Assembly: GCA_043228905.1 (NCBI GenBank)
Contig: JBHGNT010000005.1
Span: 16,678,001-16,742,000, forward strand
Length of the DNA: 64,000 nucleotides
Origin: Azolla caroliniana
Lineage: Eukaryota > Plantae > Polypodiophyta
Reading direction: 5' to 3'
This document shows, piece by piece, positions 26,888 to 38,999 of the stretch. The notes below the pieces were generated by a model, which did not search any database, was not told the origin of the DNA, and was given only the letters and a program-made list of their open reading frames with translations. The position numbers and the translations under genes are program-made. The first letter of the stretch is position 1. Each line of letters opens with the position of its first letter.

Positions 26888-27670
26888 CCGTGTGCTCCCC
26901 ACCTGGCAGCTTGGCGGCTGACGGTGTTGACAAGATTGTGGTTGTGTGTCGCAACCGTCGAGGTTCTGTGACTCGGGGATGATCGGGGTGACAAGGCGTT
27001 GTCGTGACGATTTTCGGCTACGGTGTGAAACCGAGTGAGACGAATAAACCAAGGATGTGCAACATTGCACATGCACTTAGCAAATAAACCTAGCCTAGTG
27101 GCACTTGAGTTCATACAGAGGGGTGCAAGCAAGGATTGAACCTTGCACCTCTAAGATACAAGATAATTGCCTGCTAAGATACAAGATAATTGCCTTACCA
27201 CTAGGACAACTATCATATAGTGTAAATTTTATGTATTTCCTTTTCATATACAAATTATAGACGAAACAACCATAGAAAACCATGTGCACAAAACCATGGT
27301 TTTAAACCCATGGTTTGTGCATGACATAAGCAAAACCGTGTGCACAAAACCATGGTTTTAGCCCATGGTTATGTGCATGTCACGAGCATGGAAAGACCTA
27401 TAAAAGCCTCTAGTTGGGCTTGTGTAAGGGGGGCTCAATATGTGATATCACCAACACCATTATCATCAATATAAATTATATTTGTTTTTATCTTCTTCAT
27501 TATTTTCTACTTCTCAAGTGTACAAGCTTTCTTCTTCTCAAGTGAACAAATTCCGTCTAATCTTACATTGATCGTCATCTCTTCGATAATTCCGCGAACG
27601 TCCTCCCCAGTCCAAGACCCCGGTGGTCGCTCGAGTAGCACACACACGCGCGAATCTTCGCGACATCAGT

Positions 27671-27688
27671 TGGTGAACCCGACGTGAA
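27671..27688 (+). promoter_or_regulatory. Primer binding site complementary to plant cytosolic tRNA-Trp
   Basis: 18 nt complementary to the tRNA-Trp 3' end (...TTCACGTCGGGTTCA-CCA, recalled sequence), 5 nt after the LTR end. Confidence 0.8.
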
Positions 27689-27704
27689 GGCGGGTGGTAA
27701 GGAG

Positions 27705-29360
27705 ATGGAGAATCAACAAGAAGCGATGAATATGATGATGATGATGATTAAGCGGATGCAAGAAGAGCAACACACAATGTCAGAGATGAAATCGGCAGTA
27801 GTGCGGCTTGTGCAAAGAAACGGGGAATTCGACGGAAAGGATGTGTCACGCTATCTACATGACTACAAGACGGAGATGATGCGATGTGGGATACCGGAAG
27901 GATTGCAAGTGATATCCTTCAGTCGGGTAGCCACGGATGAGTTACAAGAAAGAATCTTCAAGATACGGCAACAAAATCCAACATGGGAGTCCTTTGAAGA
28001 AGCTATACGAGACGCATATGACTATCTAAGACCGAAGCAGACGAGGACATGGTCCATGAACGGCGGTCAACAGTGGGTGAGAAGCGGCCACCGACTTCCA
28101 CTGAAGGAGAGCTTGATGCGGAAGGGTTCGGAGATGCATGAAAAGTCGCAAGTCGACATTGAAGGGGAGCTTAAAACCGAACCAAAGTCGAGGCCAACAA
28201 AGGACGAGGAGGAGGAAGATCGAGGACGAAAGGGTATCCCCACACCGGTTCTAGAAACTTTGGCGGTTGTGCCCGTGCACCAACGTGAGATCGGAGAGAC
28301 GGAATGTGTCGGCGGAAAGGTGGAGGACCGGAAGGGCGACGAGGAAGACAAAGTAAATGAGCACGAACGAAGGGATTCCTTCACCATTGTTTCGGAGACT
28401 TCGGTAGTCGAGCCCGTGTGTCGACATAACACCGAAGATAAGGAAAGTGGCGGCAACGAAACGAAGGTCGAAGCCGATGCATACGAAGGAGAGATAGCCA
28501 AGGAGGTGGCTATGGGTGAAACAACGGAGGACGATAATACCGTGGATTCCTGTCCACTAATTCTAGAGACTTCGGCGGTTGTATTCGAGAACCAACGTGA
28601 GATCGGAGAGACAGGAGGTGGCGGCAAGAAAGGTAAAGTCGGAAGCCGGTTCGGATGGAAGGTGATCCGGACGGGATTCCGATCCGAAAGAAAGCCGAAC
28701 CGGGTAAAAGACGATTCGGCCAAAAGACGAACTAAAAGAAAGCCGAACCGAAAGGAAGAGAATTCGGCCGAAAGACGACACAAACGAAAGCCGAACCGGG
28801 TGAATGAGGATTCGACCGAAAGACGACCCGAAAGAAAGCTGACCCGAAAAGGGGTCGACTCGGTCAAAACCGATCGACCGAGTCTGACTTGGCCGAACGC
28901 GAATATGGATGGAAGCCGACCTAGCCGAAAGCCGATCGGACGAGACCGATCCGGAAAGAAGCTAATCCGACTCAATCGAAGGTTGGACCGGTCGAGGCTG
29001 GTGAAAACGAGGAAAAGAAAGCCAACCGAAACCGAAACCGATAGATCGAAACCGGGCCAGAAGGAGACCGACTCAATCGAAACCGAACAACCGATTCCGA
29101 TTCGGCCGAATACGAATCCGATCGGAAGCCGATCAAACCGAAAGTCGATCGGACGAGAGCGATCCGAAAAAAAATCAAGGTTGATGAAGACAAGAAAGAG
29201 GCCAGTAAAAGACACTACCACGAATGACAAGGGCCAAGAATATGACGAGAGAGAACAAAGAATATGGTGGATCGGATGGCGACAATGGTTCGGGTGGAAA
29301 GAATGGGTCTACTCAAAATGGAGAGACAAAGTTGACATAGCGGGACAGACGGGAGGATGA
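27705..29360 (+). CDS. Gag-like ORF of D with internally repeated K/R-rich C-terminal half
   Basis: Uninterrupted ORF of about 550 aa; N-terminus homologous to C and E gag; repeats RKPNR and LETSAVV..QREIGET. Confidence 0.7.
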   Translation: MENQQEAMNMMMMMIKRMQEEQHTMSEMKSAVVRLVQRNGEFDGKDVSRYLHDYKTEMMRCGIPEGLQVISFSRVATDELQERIFKIRQQNPTWESFEEAIRDAYDYLRPKQTRTWSMNGGQQWVRSGHRLPLKESLMRKGSEMHEKSQVDIEGELKTEPKSRPTKDEEEEDRGRKGIPTPVLETLAVVPVHQREIGETECVGGKVEDRKGDEEDKVNEHERRDSFTIVSETSVVEPVCRHNTEDKESGGNETKVEADAYEGEIAKEVAMGETTEDDNTVDSCPLILETSAVVFENQREIGETGGGGKKGKVGSRFGWKVIRTGFRSERKPNRVKDDSAKRRTKRKPNRKEENSAERRHKRKPNRVNEDSTERRPERKLTRKGVDSVKTDRPSLTWPNANMDGSRPSRKPIGRDRSGKKLIRLNRRLDRSRLVKTRKRKPTETETDRSKPGQKETDSIETEQPIPIRPNTNPIGSRSNRKSIGRERSEKKSRLMKTRKRPVKDTTTNDKGQEYDEREQRIWWIGWRQWFGWKEWVYSKWRDKVDIAGQTGG

Positions 29361-31262
29361 AGGGGAGACAACGAGCATCGGCAACTTCGGCACATACCGG
29401 AGGATGTGCGGGTTCGGAGGGGGCGAGTGTCGTAGTGTATTTCGTACACTACGTGAAAAAGTAAAAATAATATAACCGATTTAATTACATATAAATAAAT
29501 AAAATAAGTATATCAAAATATTTATCATGTGCATAGGGCAAGATTCGAACCTTGTACCTCCACATAGCTAAACCTCAACTTTACCATTATGCTACCTTAT
29601 CTTTAGTGTTCTATAAATAGATTTAATAACTATAATTGCTTTATTTGCGCCTACCTTTATTAAAAGGTAAATCATGCATTTTTAGAGTGCGTGAATATTT
29701 TATAGAAAAACGCAAGCAACTAAAAAGTGACTCATGCACATCTAGCGTGCATGAGCACTATATTTAGCAAATAAAAGCAAGGATTAGAAAAGCATTACAT
29801 GCACATTTAGTGTGCATGAACATATTAGAAAAAAAAGCATGTAGTTATGCTTAGTCTCTCCCATCACTACATAAGGATGGGGAGAACAATGTAATAGGCG
29901 TGTGAAATATTTGGAAATTGGATATATTTCCGAAAACACCAACCGATTAATATACTTGTGGGATTCACAAGTTTCTTATATCTTTCTTTCAATCTAAATA
30001 CATATTCTTATCTAAATATTGATTAATCGAATAAAATACACTAGTGGGATTCACGAAATTTCTATCTCTCTTTCTAATAATCTATTCATTACTAGCCTCA
30101 TCTCATATTCTTCTTTCTCCTAGTCCAAAACCTCGGCGGTTCCCACCCGACTCACGCAACGATCCGGAGCCAAAAGGCACGACACCGTAATCACAGATGG
30201 TGTGATGACAAGAAGCTGAGAAAGCAAGATAGATGCGACATTGTCGCAAAAAGAATTTTATGTAAAACAACCACTTACAATATTTATTTGCCAAAATTTA
30301 CTTGGCTAGACTTGAACTCTCAAACTCTATTTGAGAAGAAGCATTTGAGATAGACCACTTCAATCTCTTTGGTTTGCATCTATTTGTTTTAAATACTCTT
30401 TCACTTTATATATACTAAATTTATATTACAAAATTTGATTACCAAAAGAAGTTATTCTAAGAGGATTCAAACTCACAACCTTTTGTTTACAAAGAGGTGT
30501 CTAAGATACACCACTTCAACTTCTTCCATTTCTTATACTTCTTTTCTTTTCTCTAACTCTTGCAGACCACCTTCTTTGGCGAGCTTTGCATCCCACACCC
30601 ACGCGAGCTTCTTCACTCGCTTTTCCTTCCTCTTCTTCTTCCCCTTCCCTCCTTCTCCTCTTTAGCACCATGGGTGTGGCTTATATAGGGTGGTCAACCA
30701 CCCTACCACCCTCTTGAGGCGGTTGTATTTTTATATTTTTATATTTTTATATTTTATATTTTATTATTATTATTTATTGATTCTACAAATTCGATTTTGT
30801 TGTTGTACATTTGAGAAATTATAGAAATAGCCCTCATTTAATTTTGACTCCCTCTTTTGACATAATTACAATTGTGTCTTGAGTAACATTAATCCTTCCG
30901 AAGCTTGTAACTTGGGTTCCTGAACTCCGATTCATGAATAAAAAATTTGCATAGGCTCCTTGCCACAAGCTCCATACGGGAAATTTTTTTCTATAGATTT
31001 CTGACATTGTTTTCACATCATGAAGTAATAATTTCACGACACCCACCCCCTCTGAACTTGCACACCTGTGGGTGAGTTCACACCACTTCATTTTGATCCT
31101 CTTTTGAAAAATTATTCATCCTTAGTTTTTGCCTTGTACCATTACAACCTCTTCTAGTAAGGGCCCACTCTAGAAATCGTGTACGAAATGCCCCAGATCT
31201 CGTAGTGGATGATCCCGTAGATGCTCCCTATTCCTTTCATGATTTGGTCGAACAGTAAGGAA

Positions 31263-33400
31263 CTATACCGACCTCTTCCCATCTTGATTCTGAATCCTGG
31301 CAAATGCCGCTCCATTATCAATCCCTTTAGTCTCCATTCGTACTGCTGTGATGTACGGTTCTGGATAAAATGACCTCTCCTGGATGAAGAAGTTTTGATC
31401 TACTGACACATCCCCAATTGTAACTTTAATAGTTCGGCATGCGCCACATAAAGTTTTGATCTCAGTCGTTGCTCTCACCTTCCAACCGTGGCTCCTTTCT
31501 ATTGGCCATCTCCCATGATTGTAAAAATCAGATGATATGATATTTATCTAGGAGCCATGGTCAATGACTCTGACACATGGTTCCATCTGATCTCCAATTT
31601 TGATTGGAGCCTCAGTGATCGCCCGAGCCCTATGTGTGTGGGTGTAATGGCTTTGTTCCTCTTCATGACTACATTGTGTGTCAGCACTCTGTACCCTGGC
31701 TAACAATGCAGTCTCCATATTTTCATCTTCCTCCCGTATCATGATGGTATTTACTCCACCCGTTTCTTCAATCACTTGTCTTTTTCTCCAAATCACATCA
31801 ATGATCACTTCATGAAATTCATTCTTCGCGATCCCTAGTACTTCTCGGAGTGTTAACTCGACTTTACTATCAAGAATCCTAGATTCAAGCACATGCTTTA
31901 GGTCAATGGATGTTTCTAAGTCGGAGGCGAGTTTGAATGACGGGGTGACCTTCTGTTTACCCTTCTCTTCTATCATCGCCTCCACTGCAGCTCATTCTGT
32001 TTCCTGTCTCTTTTGCTCTGGGGTCTCAAGTTTTCTTGAAGGTCCCGTTTATTTAGTTCTCCTTCTCTTTTCTTCGACTGTCCCTTCATGGGCATTCACC
32101 CATGCTATCTTTGCGATTGTTGTGAGTGAATGTATTGGGTCATCCCACCCAGTACTATTCCTGATTTCGTCGCTGGCCTTTCGTAAGTCCAGTGGTTGGG
32201 CTCTTTTGTCAGTAGAGGACTTTATCACTTTTCACCAGAATCCTAATCCAATCTAGGGATCATCGACCTTCAATCCGGAGGTAGTCGAAAAGTACATTGC
32301 TTGAACATTCTTCGACTCTTCGTCCTCCATCATTTTCTTCATCCCACCTTTCCCAAAGTTGGTTTTTAGGGGTTGTCGGGTTTCTGAGGAGTGGATTCTC
32401 CCATTTTGATAGAATATATCATTTCTTTCTAATTTTTCCATATGGCTCGGACAATCCCTTTTTGGGTGCTCCGTGCTATCGCACCATATGCATCGGCGGA
32501 TGAAGTCACCCTTTTCTCCTTCATTGGGCTTTTGTCTATAACCTGAGCTTTCACCCTTCTCAAGCTTTGTGAACTTGAGTTGTAGATCCCGCATTCCCTT
32601 TACGAGTTCATCAATCGCAGATTTTGGCACCTTTGCCAACATCCATTCGGGTTCCCGATTCTTGTTTTGGATGTTCTTTGGTTGTTGTCTTTATTCTATT
32701 GTCATAGCCATCCTCCATCCTTAGCTCCCTCCTTCTTAGTACTCGACAAGCCTCGGGTACTTTCGCCCAATCGGACACCAAACCAGTTGTGCTTGTCCAG
32801 TCTCCTAGAAGGATAGTGATATCTTTTCTAAAAGATTTATCTACCGCTTGGATGAATAAATCCACCTTTTCTAAATGTAATAGTTCTCGCTCTTTCACTA
32901 AGAGCTCATTATATCTTTTCTCAAACTCTGTCAAAAACTCTGACACTGAGAGTCCTTTACCCCCTTTCTCAGTCCATTTGAGAAAGCTTTTCTTTGACAT
33001 TCTGGTCCGGTCATCTAGCATATATTCATCAAGCAATGCTTGACGAAACCCGGGCCAATCTTCATGGAATTTCTCCGATAATTCTGTTAGCCTTGCTCGG
33101 ACATCTAGTGTGCACACCCGGTTGATATGTGACACTATTTGTACCCTGGGGACCCCTCTATTGGCCATCTCGTATTCGTAGACCTCGAGGAACCGAGTGA
33201 TGTCCTCCCCATTAAATCTGCTTATCCTCTCGATGATTGTTTGTACGGCGAGTGTTAACTCACTTTCCATCCGATTCATCTCACTTTGCTCTTGCAGCAT
33301 CCGATTCATCATCGTCATCATTGAAGCCCTTATTCGCCATCTCTATGTTGGCACCTTTATCCGCCATTTTCTTTGATTTTCCAACCTTCTCTTTGGAAAA
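31263..33400 (-). pseudogene. gag-protease of element E
   Basis: CIWCDSTEHPKRDC knuckle; PSFKLASDLE...ILDSKVELTLREVL; protease VIDHGS*INI; no RT before the PPT. Confidence 0.8.
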
Positions 33401-35167
33401 TGTTAACTCCAAAACTCCCGTTGTCAGCAACACTTCATGACGGGTTGACCAAATTTTGTGGAGAAGATTGTGGTTGTGTGTTGCAACCGCCGGGATTCTG
33501 TGACTCGGGGATGATCGGGGTGACAAGGCTTAATTGCAGATGGTGCGATGACAAAAAGCCGAGAAGGCAAGATAGATGCGATGTTGTTGCGAAAAGAATT
33601 TTATTTGTAAAATGACCACTTACAATATTAATTTGCCAAAAGTTACTTGCAAGACTTGAACTCACGAACTCTATTTGAGAGGAAGCGTTTGAGATAGACC
33701 ACTTCAATCTCTTTGGTTTCTATTTATTTGTCTTTTTCTTTGACTTTATATATACTAAATTTATATTTCAAATTTTGATTACAAAAAGAAATTGTTCTAA
33801 GAGGATTCAAACTCACAACCTTTTGTTTACAACAAGGTGTCTGAGATACACCACTTCAACTTCTTCCTTTTGTTGTATTTCCTTTCTTTTCTTTAAGTCT
33901 TGCCTTGATTTATGCAGGCCACCTTCTTTGGCAAGCTCTGCATCCCACACCCACGCAAGCTTCTTCACTCGCTTTTCCTTGCTCTTCTTCTTCCCGTTCT
34001 CCTCCTTCGCGTTCTCCCCTTTAGCCACCATTGGCATGGCTTATATAGGGTGGTCAACTGCCCTACCACCCTCTTGAGGCGGTTGTATTTTTATATTTTA
34101 TTATTATTATTTATTGATTCTACAAAATCGATTTTGTAGTTGTACATTTGAGAAATTATAGAAATAGCCCTCATTTAATTTTGCCTCCCTCTTTTAACAT
34201 AATTACATTTGTGTCCTGAGTAACATTAATCCTTCCGAAGCTTGTATCTTGAGCTCTTGAACTCCGATTCATGAACTGAAAATTTGCATATTCTCCTCGC
34301 CACAAGAGCCATATAGGAAATTTCTTTCTATAGGTTTTTGACATTGTTTTGACATTCTTTCTATAGTGTGTGTGTGTTGAGTCGTTGTATGTCACGGCAT
34401 GTCTCCTCTTTCAGTCCGAAGGCTCGTCGATTTGTATATAAGAGGGTGAGAAAAGCTGGTGTGCGTGCACGTGCTCTCCCTCTCTTCAATCTGGTTCCTT
34501 CCGGAATGCATCCGGGCCCATCCGGTTGCTTCCGGCTCACATCCAGAACCGTCCTAGTTGGTGCAATAGCCGGTGTAACCGGCCCAAGAGAAATCCACCT
34601 TTCGGCAACCATCTCTCCCAGGTCCGTGACCCCCGTGGTCCCTCTCGATCCGACACGCGTGTGTGGATTTCCGAGATACCGTACCTTGGCAAGACCCCAC
34701 CCAATCCCTTCAATGGTCAACAACACGATCGTGACTAGCCCGAGGTAGGTGAAATGGAGGATTTCAAGGTCCCATCGCCTCAATTACTCTACCTACTGCC
34801 CGAAATTGTATACTAGGAAAACAGAAATGAAAAAAAATGACCCCATAACTAGAGTATTTAAAGAGCATGCACACCACACAAGAAACGAACGTATAAACAG
34901 TTCTAGAGATGCGTGATATTAAAAAATTTATCATAGTAGGAGAGATTCTGAATCTAGGGCACAAGGCCACGTCTCGAGAAACGAGATACCTAAAAAAAGG
35001 AGGGCACTACTAACAGAATACTCACTCACGCACAGACGCACAAAGCCCTCAAGCTCTATTGCGTTTTGCAAAAATGCTATCCTGCTCTCAGACTCTCTGC
35101 ACAGAAGCTTTCTCCCGTTCCCTACCTCTTTACCCCCATACTGACTCTTCCTTTTCCTCTTCCGAAA

Positions 35168-37950
35168 TGATCATGCCGCTCGAAGTGTCCAAAGACATCC
35201 ACACCTGGCTGAACAGGCACAGCTTGGGCAGATACGTCCATGTAGTGGATGATACGTCCATGTAGTGGATGCACTCCCCCACCTTGAGGTGTAGGAGATC
35301 ACACACCGAGTGCATCCCGACACCATCACTAACAATAAAATTCAGCCCGTATTGGGCCTCCAACAAGGAGGAGAACCTGACATTGAGGCTTCGCCCCAGA
35401 ACATCCTCGAAGAATATTTCGGCGAGTACTCGGTTTCGGCCAAGGTGTATCAGACTCATGGTGAATGTAACAAGTTCTTTGGCGATCTCGCCAGAATACT
35501 TTTGGAGTTTGGTTGCATACACGCTAACACATATAGCATGCCACAGAAAAAGGGAGGCATCATCATCATGACATACAGAGGCGGTGTAATCGATTGGGGC
35601 ATCATCATCAGGGAGGGAGTTCGTGCCGCCTTAACGGCTTTTCAGGCAGGTAAAAGGTTCCTCTCCCCCCCCCCTAATCCATGACCACATGCCGCCGAAA
35701 CCTCAGCCCCCCTATTTTACCCATCTATGTGAAACGCCAACAAGCTCTTTAGTTAGCTCAGGAGGAATGGCAGGATAACACACATGCTCGAAACCCTGCA
35801 TCGCCACGACCGATACCAGATGCCAAGACCTAGGAAGCTGAAGACAATATCACCATAAGAGGGCACGGAAAACATAAGTTATCTTCCTTGGTGGAAAAAC
35901 CGAAACTAAAGATGGCCATCTCGCGACCACACCACCGGGAGGAGACTCGGACAACCATGGGCAATAGGAGAAAATCCTCCGAAGAGCAATCGATACGGTG
36001 TCGAGAAGAATCAACGGATACATAGAGGAGTCCTACCAAGCAACACTGCAGGTTGCAACGCCACAACAAAGAAAAAACTCAAGGGGCCGAGGACCTGCAA
36101 CTCGTTGTTGCTCCTGACAAAATCATCGCGGTCGTCATAGACAAGTCCTTGTCCTTCACAGGAACTGCGAAGCAAGGACAACCTTCCCAGTTTTCGGAGG
36201 AGGAAGTCATGACCTTCATGTATTTTACAACACGGCACGATGTACGAGCTAATTGACTTCCTCGCTCGCCTCCAGGTTGCTACCGTGGGAGGTATGGCTG
36301 AAGACCATGCCGAACAACAAATGGTCTAGCAGGCGTCAGCCAACGAGCTCAAATTGGATAAGGGTCGCAGCTACAAAAGACCAGCCAAAAAAGCGTAACG
36401 AAAACCCGACGCGGTCGGATCGAGCTACCAGACGTCAACACGGCCTTGGTCGAGGTTTACCGTGAATTGGACAAAGCAACCTGCTTTGCGAAAGATATGG
36501 CCATCACCAGCAAACAAGCGCACATAGAAGCCAAAACAGCCACGAAGTTATGGCAGACCTTTGAAAGCTGGCTGACCGAGCTTCAACAATGGCTCCAAGA
36601 AATCGGCGAACCAAATCTTCCTGGCTTACCACCCCCTGCTTCCAATTCCGTTGAAGTATCCACACAAAAGGATGACATCAACCCTCGCACGCCGATGAAT
36701 GTGTCCACTCAAACTGAAGAACTAACTGACTCGGCCCTGGCCACGTCAATGGCTGTCATCCCAAGCTGCAACTACAACGAAGAGATGATCGTGCCGAGAT
36801 GGCCAAGGATCGATACGAAATCGTCAAAGCCAAAGCGGACCAATTCCAAGCGCATGCCATAAAGCGCGAGGTCGAACTCCAACAATTACTAGAGGCACCG
36901 ACGACCAAGTTCAAGGACGCAGAAAAGAACGCCGCTGCGACTCTCGAGGCCACTCAGGACCTCGCATAAGCAAAGTTAGCGGAAGCAGAGGAAGAGTATC
37001 AAAAGGCATCTCACCAAAAATCCGAAGTAATTGACTCCATGCAGAGTGAACTCTCGGAACTCCAGGTCCGCTCCAGTCGGCACATTCACCTCTTAGATGA
37101 AACCGAGAAGCAGTGAGCTACATTAGCAGAGTCCCTTCACCAGCTTCACATCTTCCCGACCCTAGAATTTGAACGGCAGCAGAACCATTATATGCAGGAG
37201 CTACCGACAATTCGGACCATTTCTTCCAGCGTTATGACCAACATACGAAGGAGATGGAGGGAAAGCTCGCCAACATTACCACATCGTGCGAGATCCTCAA
37301 AGTCAAATTCCAACAGGACGCCACGAAGGCAAAGGAGGAACTAGACACCCTCCATGTCAAATACGAAATGTGCGAAACACAAATCAAGGCAATATTGGCA
37401 AAACACCAGTTTAAATTGAATCGCAAAGTCAAAGAGGCACTCGCTCGCGCCTGGGATGAATGGTCGTCTAAAGCAGCCGAATTACAGGTCTTCTAAGCTA
37501 ACGCCAAAAATAGGAGAAAAGAGGGTCGTGGTTTCTACAAGATGGATGAGAACAACATCTAGCTCCTTCGCGAAGACCTCATCGAGGAATTCCACACCCT
37601 GGCACAAACGCACACCACGGCAATCAGACACCTCCTTGAGGAATTCAACGACGTTGAGATGCTACTAAGACTGGAATTGGAAGCCTATGAACGCGAACGC
37701 ATCCAAGCTGAACATGAAGCAACAGTCACTACATAGACATCAACAGGCCCCAAGACCGAGGAAGCAACCCAAGAGTAGAAAGAAGAATAGGAAATACAAC
37801 TGAGAGTAGACACCATACAAGGGGTTGAAAATACCATAGAACTCCAACAGGAGGGACCAACTCCAGCATCCACGATGGTCACTCAAGATCAACAGCTCGA
37901 TGTAGCAATCGAGTACACGCCGACATATGTTCAACTGGAGAGCCGTCCCA
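35168..37950 (+). pseudogene. Extra ORF of element F, heavily frameshifted
   Basis: IHTWLNRHSLGRY...YFGEYSVSAKVYQT...MPQKKGGIIIMTYRGGVIDWG and AWDEWSSKAAELQVF*ANAKNRRKEGRGFY. Confidence 0.8.
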
Positions 37951-38689
37951 AACCCTGACGCAACCACCTGCCCTTTCGAGTACCAAGCCAACATCCGAGG
38001 ACACGACCAATCTCCAAACCATGCCAACTTGGCCATTTTGGAAGAAGACTGATTCGGTTCGACGTGCAAAGGCACAGTTCTACAGGTGTGCTAGGTGTTC
38101 TCCGTAGGACAAAGGGCATGAAGTATGAAACAAATCTAAGGAAACAAGTACGTAAAGTAGGTGAAAAGGAGAATCAACCAAGCATGAAGGGGTAGATAAA
38201 TGGAATATGGGCAACCATGAATGGAGGCCAAAAACGCGACAGCGCGACGAGAGGAAAACAAAAACTATAAAAAGCGAGCAACAGTAGCAGGAAGGATAGG
38301 TGTCTATATACCTTTAAGATAGTTGTCTATATACCTTTAAGAGAGGGAAATAGTCTTATTATACTAGGAAGAGAGAATTTTTATATGTATGTCTGTTGTT
38401 TCCCTATTATAGGAAGTGAATAGAAATTTCGGCTGTGAGCCGTGTACTCGTTTACACAGTAATCTTATAATAGACAATTGTGGGTCTATCTTTCATGTGA
38501 TTAAACATTCATATTTACTATTGGGTTTTCTGTCCAACTTAGAGGTATAAGTCATAAGACTGGTCGTGGCTAGTCATTCTCATAGTTGATCGGCTGTTCA
38601 ACCCTATTTCCTTCCTACGTAACCATGATTCCTTGACCCGATTACCCAGGAAGTAATCAAAGGTGTATCTCCAAAGAAGAGATAACTAC

Positions 38690-38999
38690 CACACAAGTTG
38701 TACTTCAGGAAGAAGCTGAATTTGGCACACTTGAGGGTATTCCGTAGTATTGCATATGTGCATGTGCCGAAGGAGAAGTAGAGGAAGCAAGACGCGAAAG
38801 TTGAGAAGTGTATCTTGGTCGGCTACTTAGATGAGCAGAAGGGTTATAAGTGTTATCGTTCCCAAATGAAAGACTCATTCGAGTAAGCTGAGATGTCGTT
38901 TTCAATGAGTCGGCTTCGTGCTACTTGCCTTCACCTTCAACCCCAATCCACTCCATTCTGAATTTTGAGGATGAGGCTAGTGAGGCTGACATGCCCCTA
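38690..38999 (+). pseudogene. Ty1/Copia pol fragment (SH3-like region after integrase)
   Basis: Manual translation HLRVFRSIAYVHVPKEK*RKQDAKVEKCILVGYLDEQKGYKCY...DVVFNES. Confidence 0.85.

Larger units (their letters stand above)
27000..30184 (+). mobile_element. Non-autonomous LTR element D with two dissimilar LTRs
   Basis: Left LTR 27000-27665, PBS TGGTGAACCCGACGTGAA 27671-27688, gag-like ORF, PPT GGAGGGGCGAG 29417-29427, right LTR 29428-30184, TSD GCGT/CCGT. The host E LTR is continuous across the insertion. Confidence 0.85.
26925..34354 (-). mobile_element. Non-autonomous LTR element E (gag plus protease, TR-GAG-like); 3' LTR split by D
   Basis: 5' LTR 33457-~34354 (outer ~25 bp lost); 3' LTR 31041-30185 plus 26999-26925; PBS TGGTCAACCCGTCATGAA at ~33451-33434; PPT GAGGGGGTGGG at ~31052-31042. 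Confidence 0.88.
21294..34678 (+). mobile_element. Solo LTR G (pieces 21294-21766, 26888-26924, ~34355-34678), split by C and E
   Basis: Starts TGTCATGAA and is homologous to the reverse complement of the C LTR (TTATCCCACATTGTAACG...TATAAAAGGAAG...GGTCCCTTGTA). TSD CTGT 21290-21293 / CCGT 34679-34682 restores the F integrase frame. Confidence 0.8.
20690..38554 (+). mobile_element. Ty3/Gypsy element F, 3' half only (integrase end, extra ORF, 3' LTR), hosting the G/C/E/D nest
   Basis: Integrase STPYYP-ANGLAESTNKTL...GPFWI...WLK at 20700-21293 resumes as PYLGKTPPNPF at 34679-34738. Extra ORF 35168-37950. LTR from TGTTCTCC at 38096 to about 38554, preceded by a motif shared with B. Confidence 0.8.

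Noticed and set aside
27120-27213. Functional tRNA genes in the LTRs
   Set aside because: No convincing acceptor stem or anticodon arm, and this copy has an internal ~24-bp duplication; kept only as tRNA-like cassettes.
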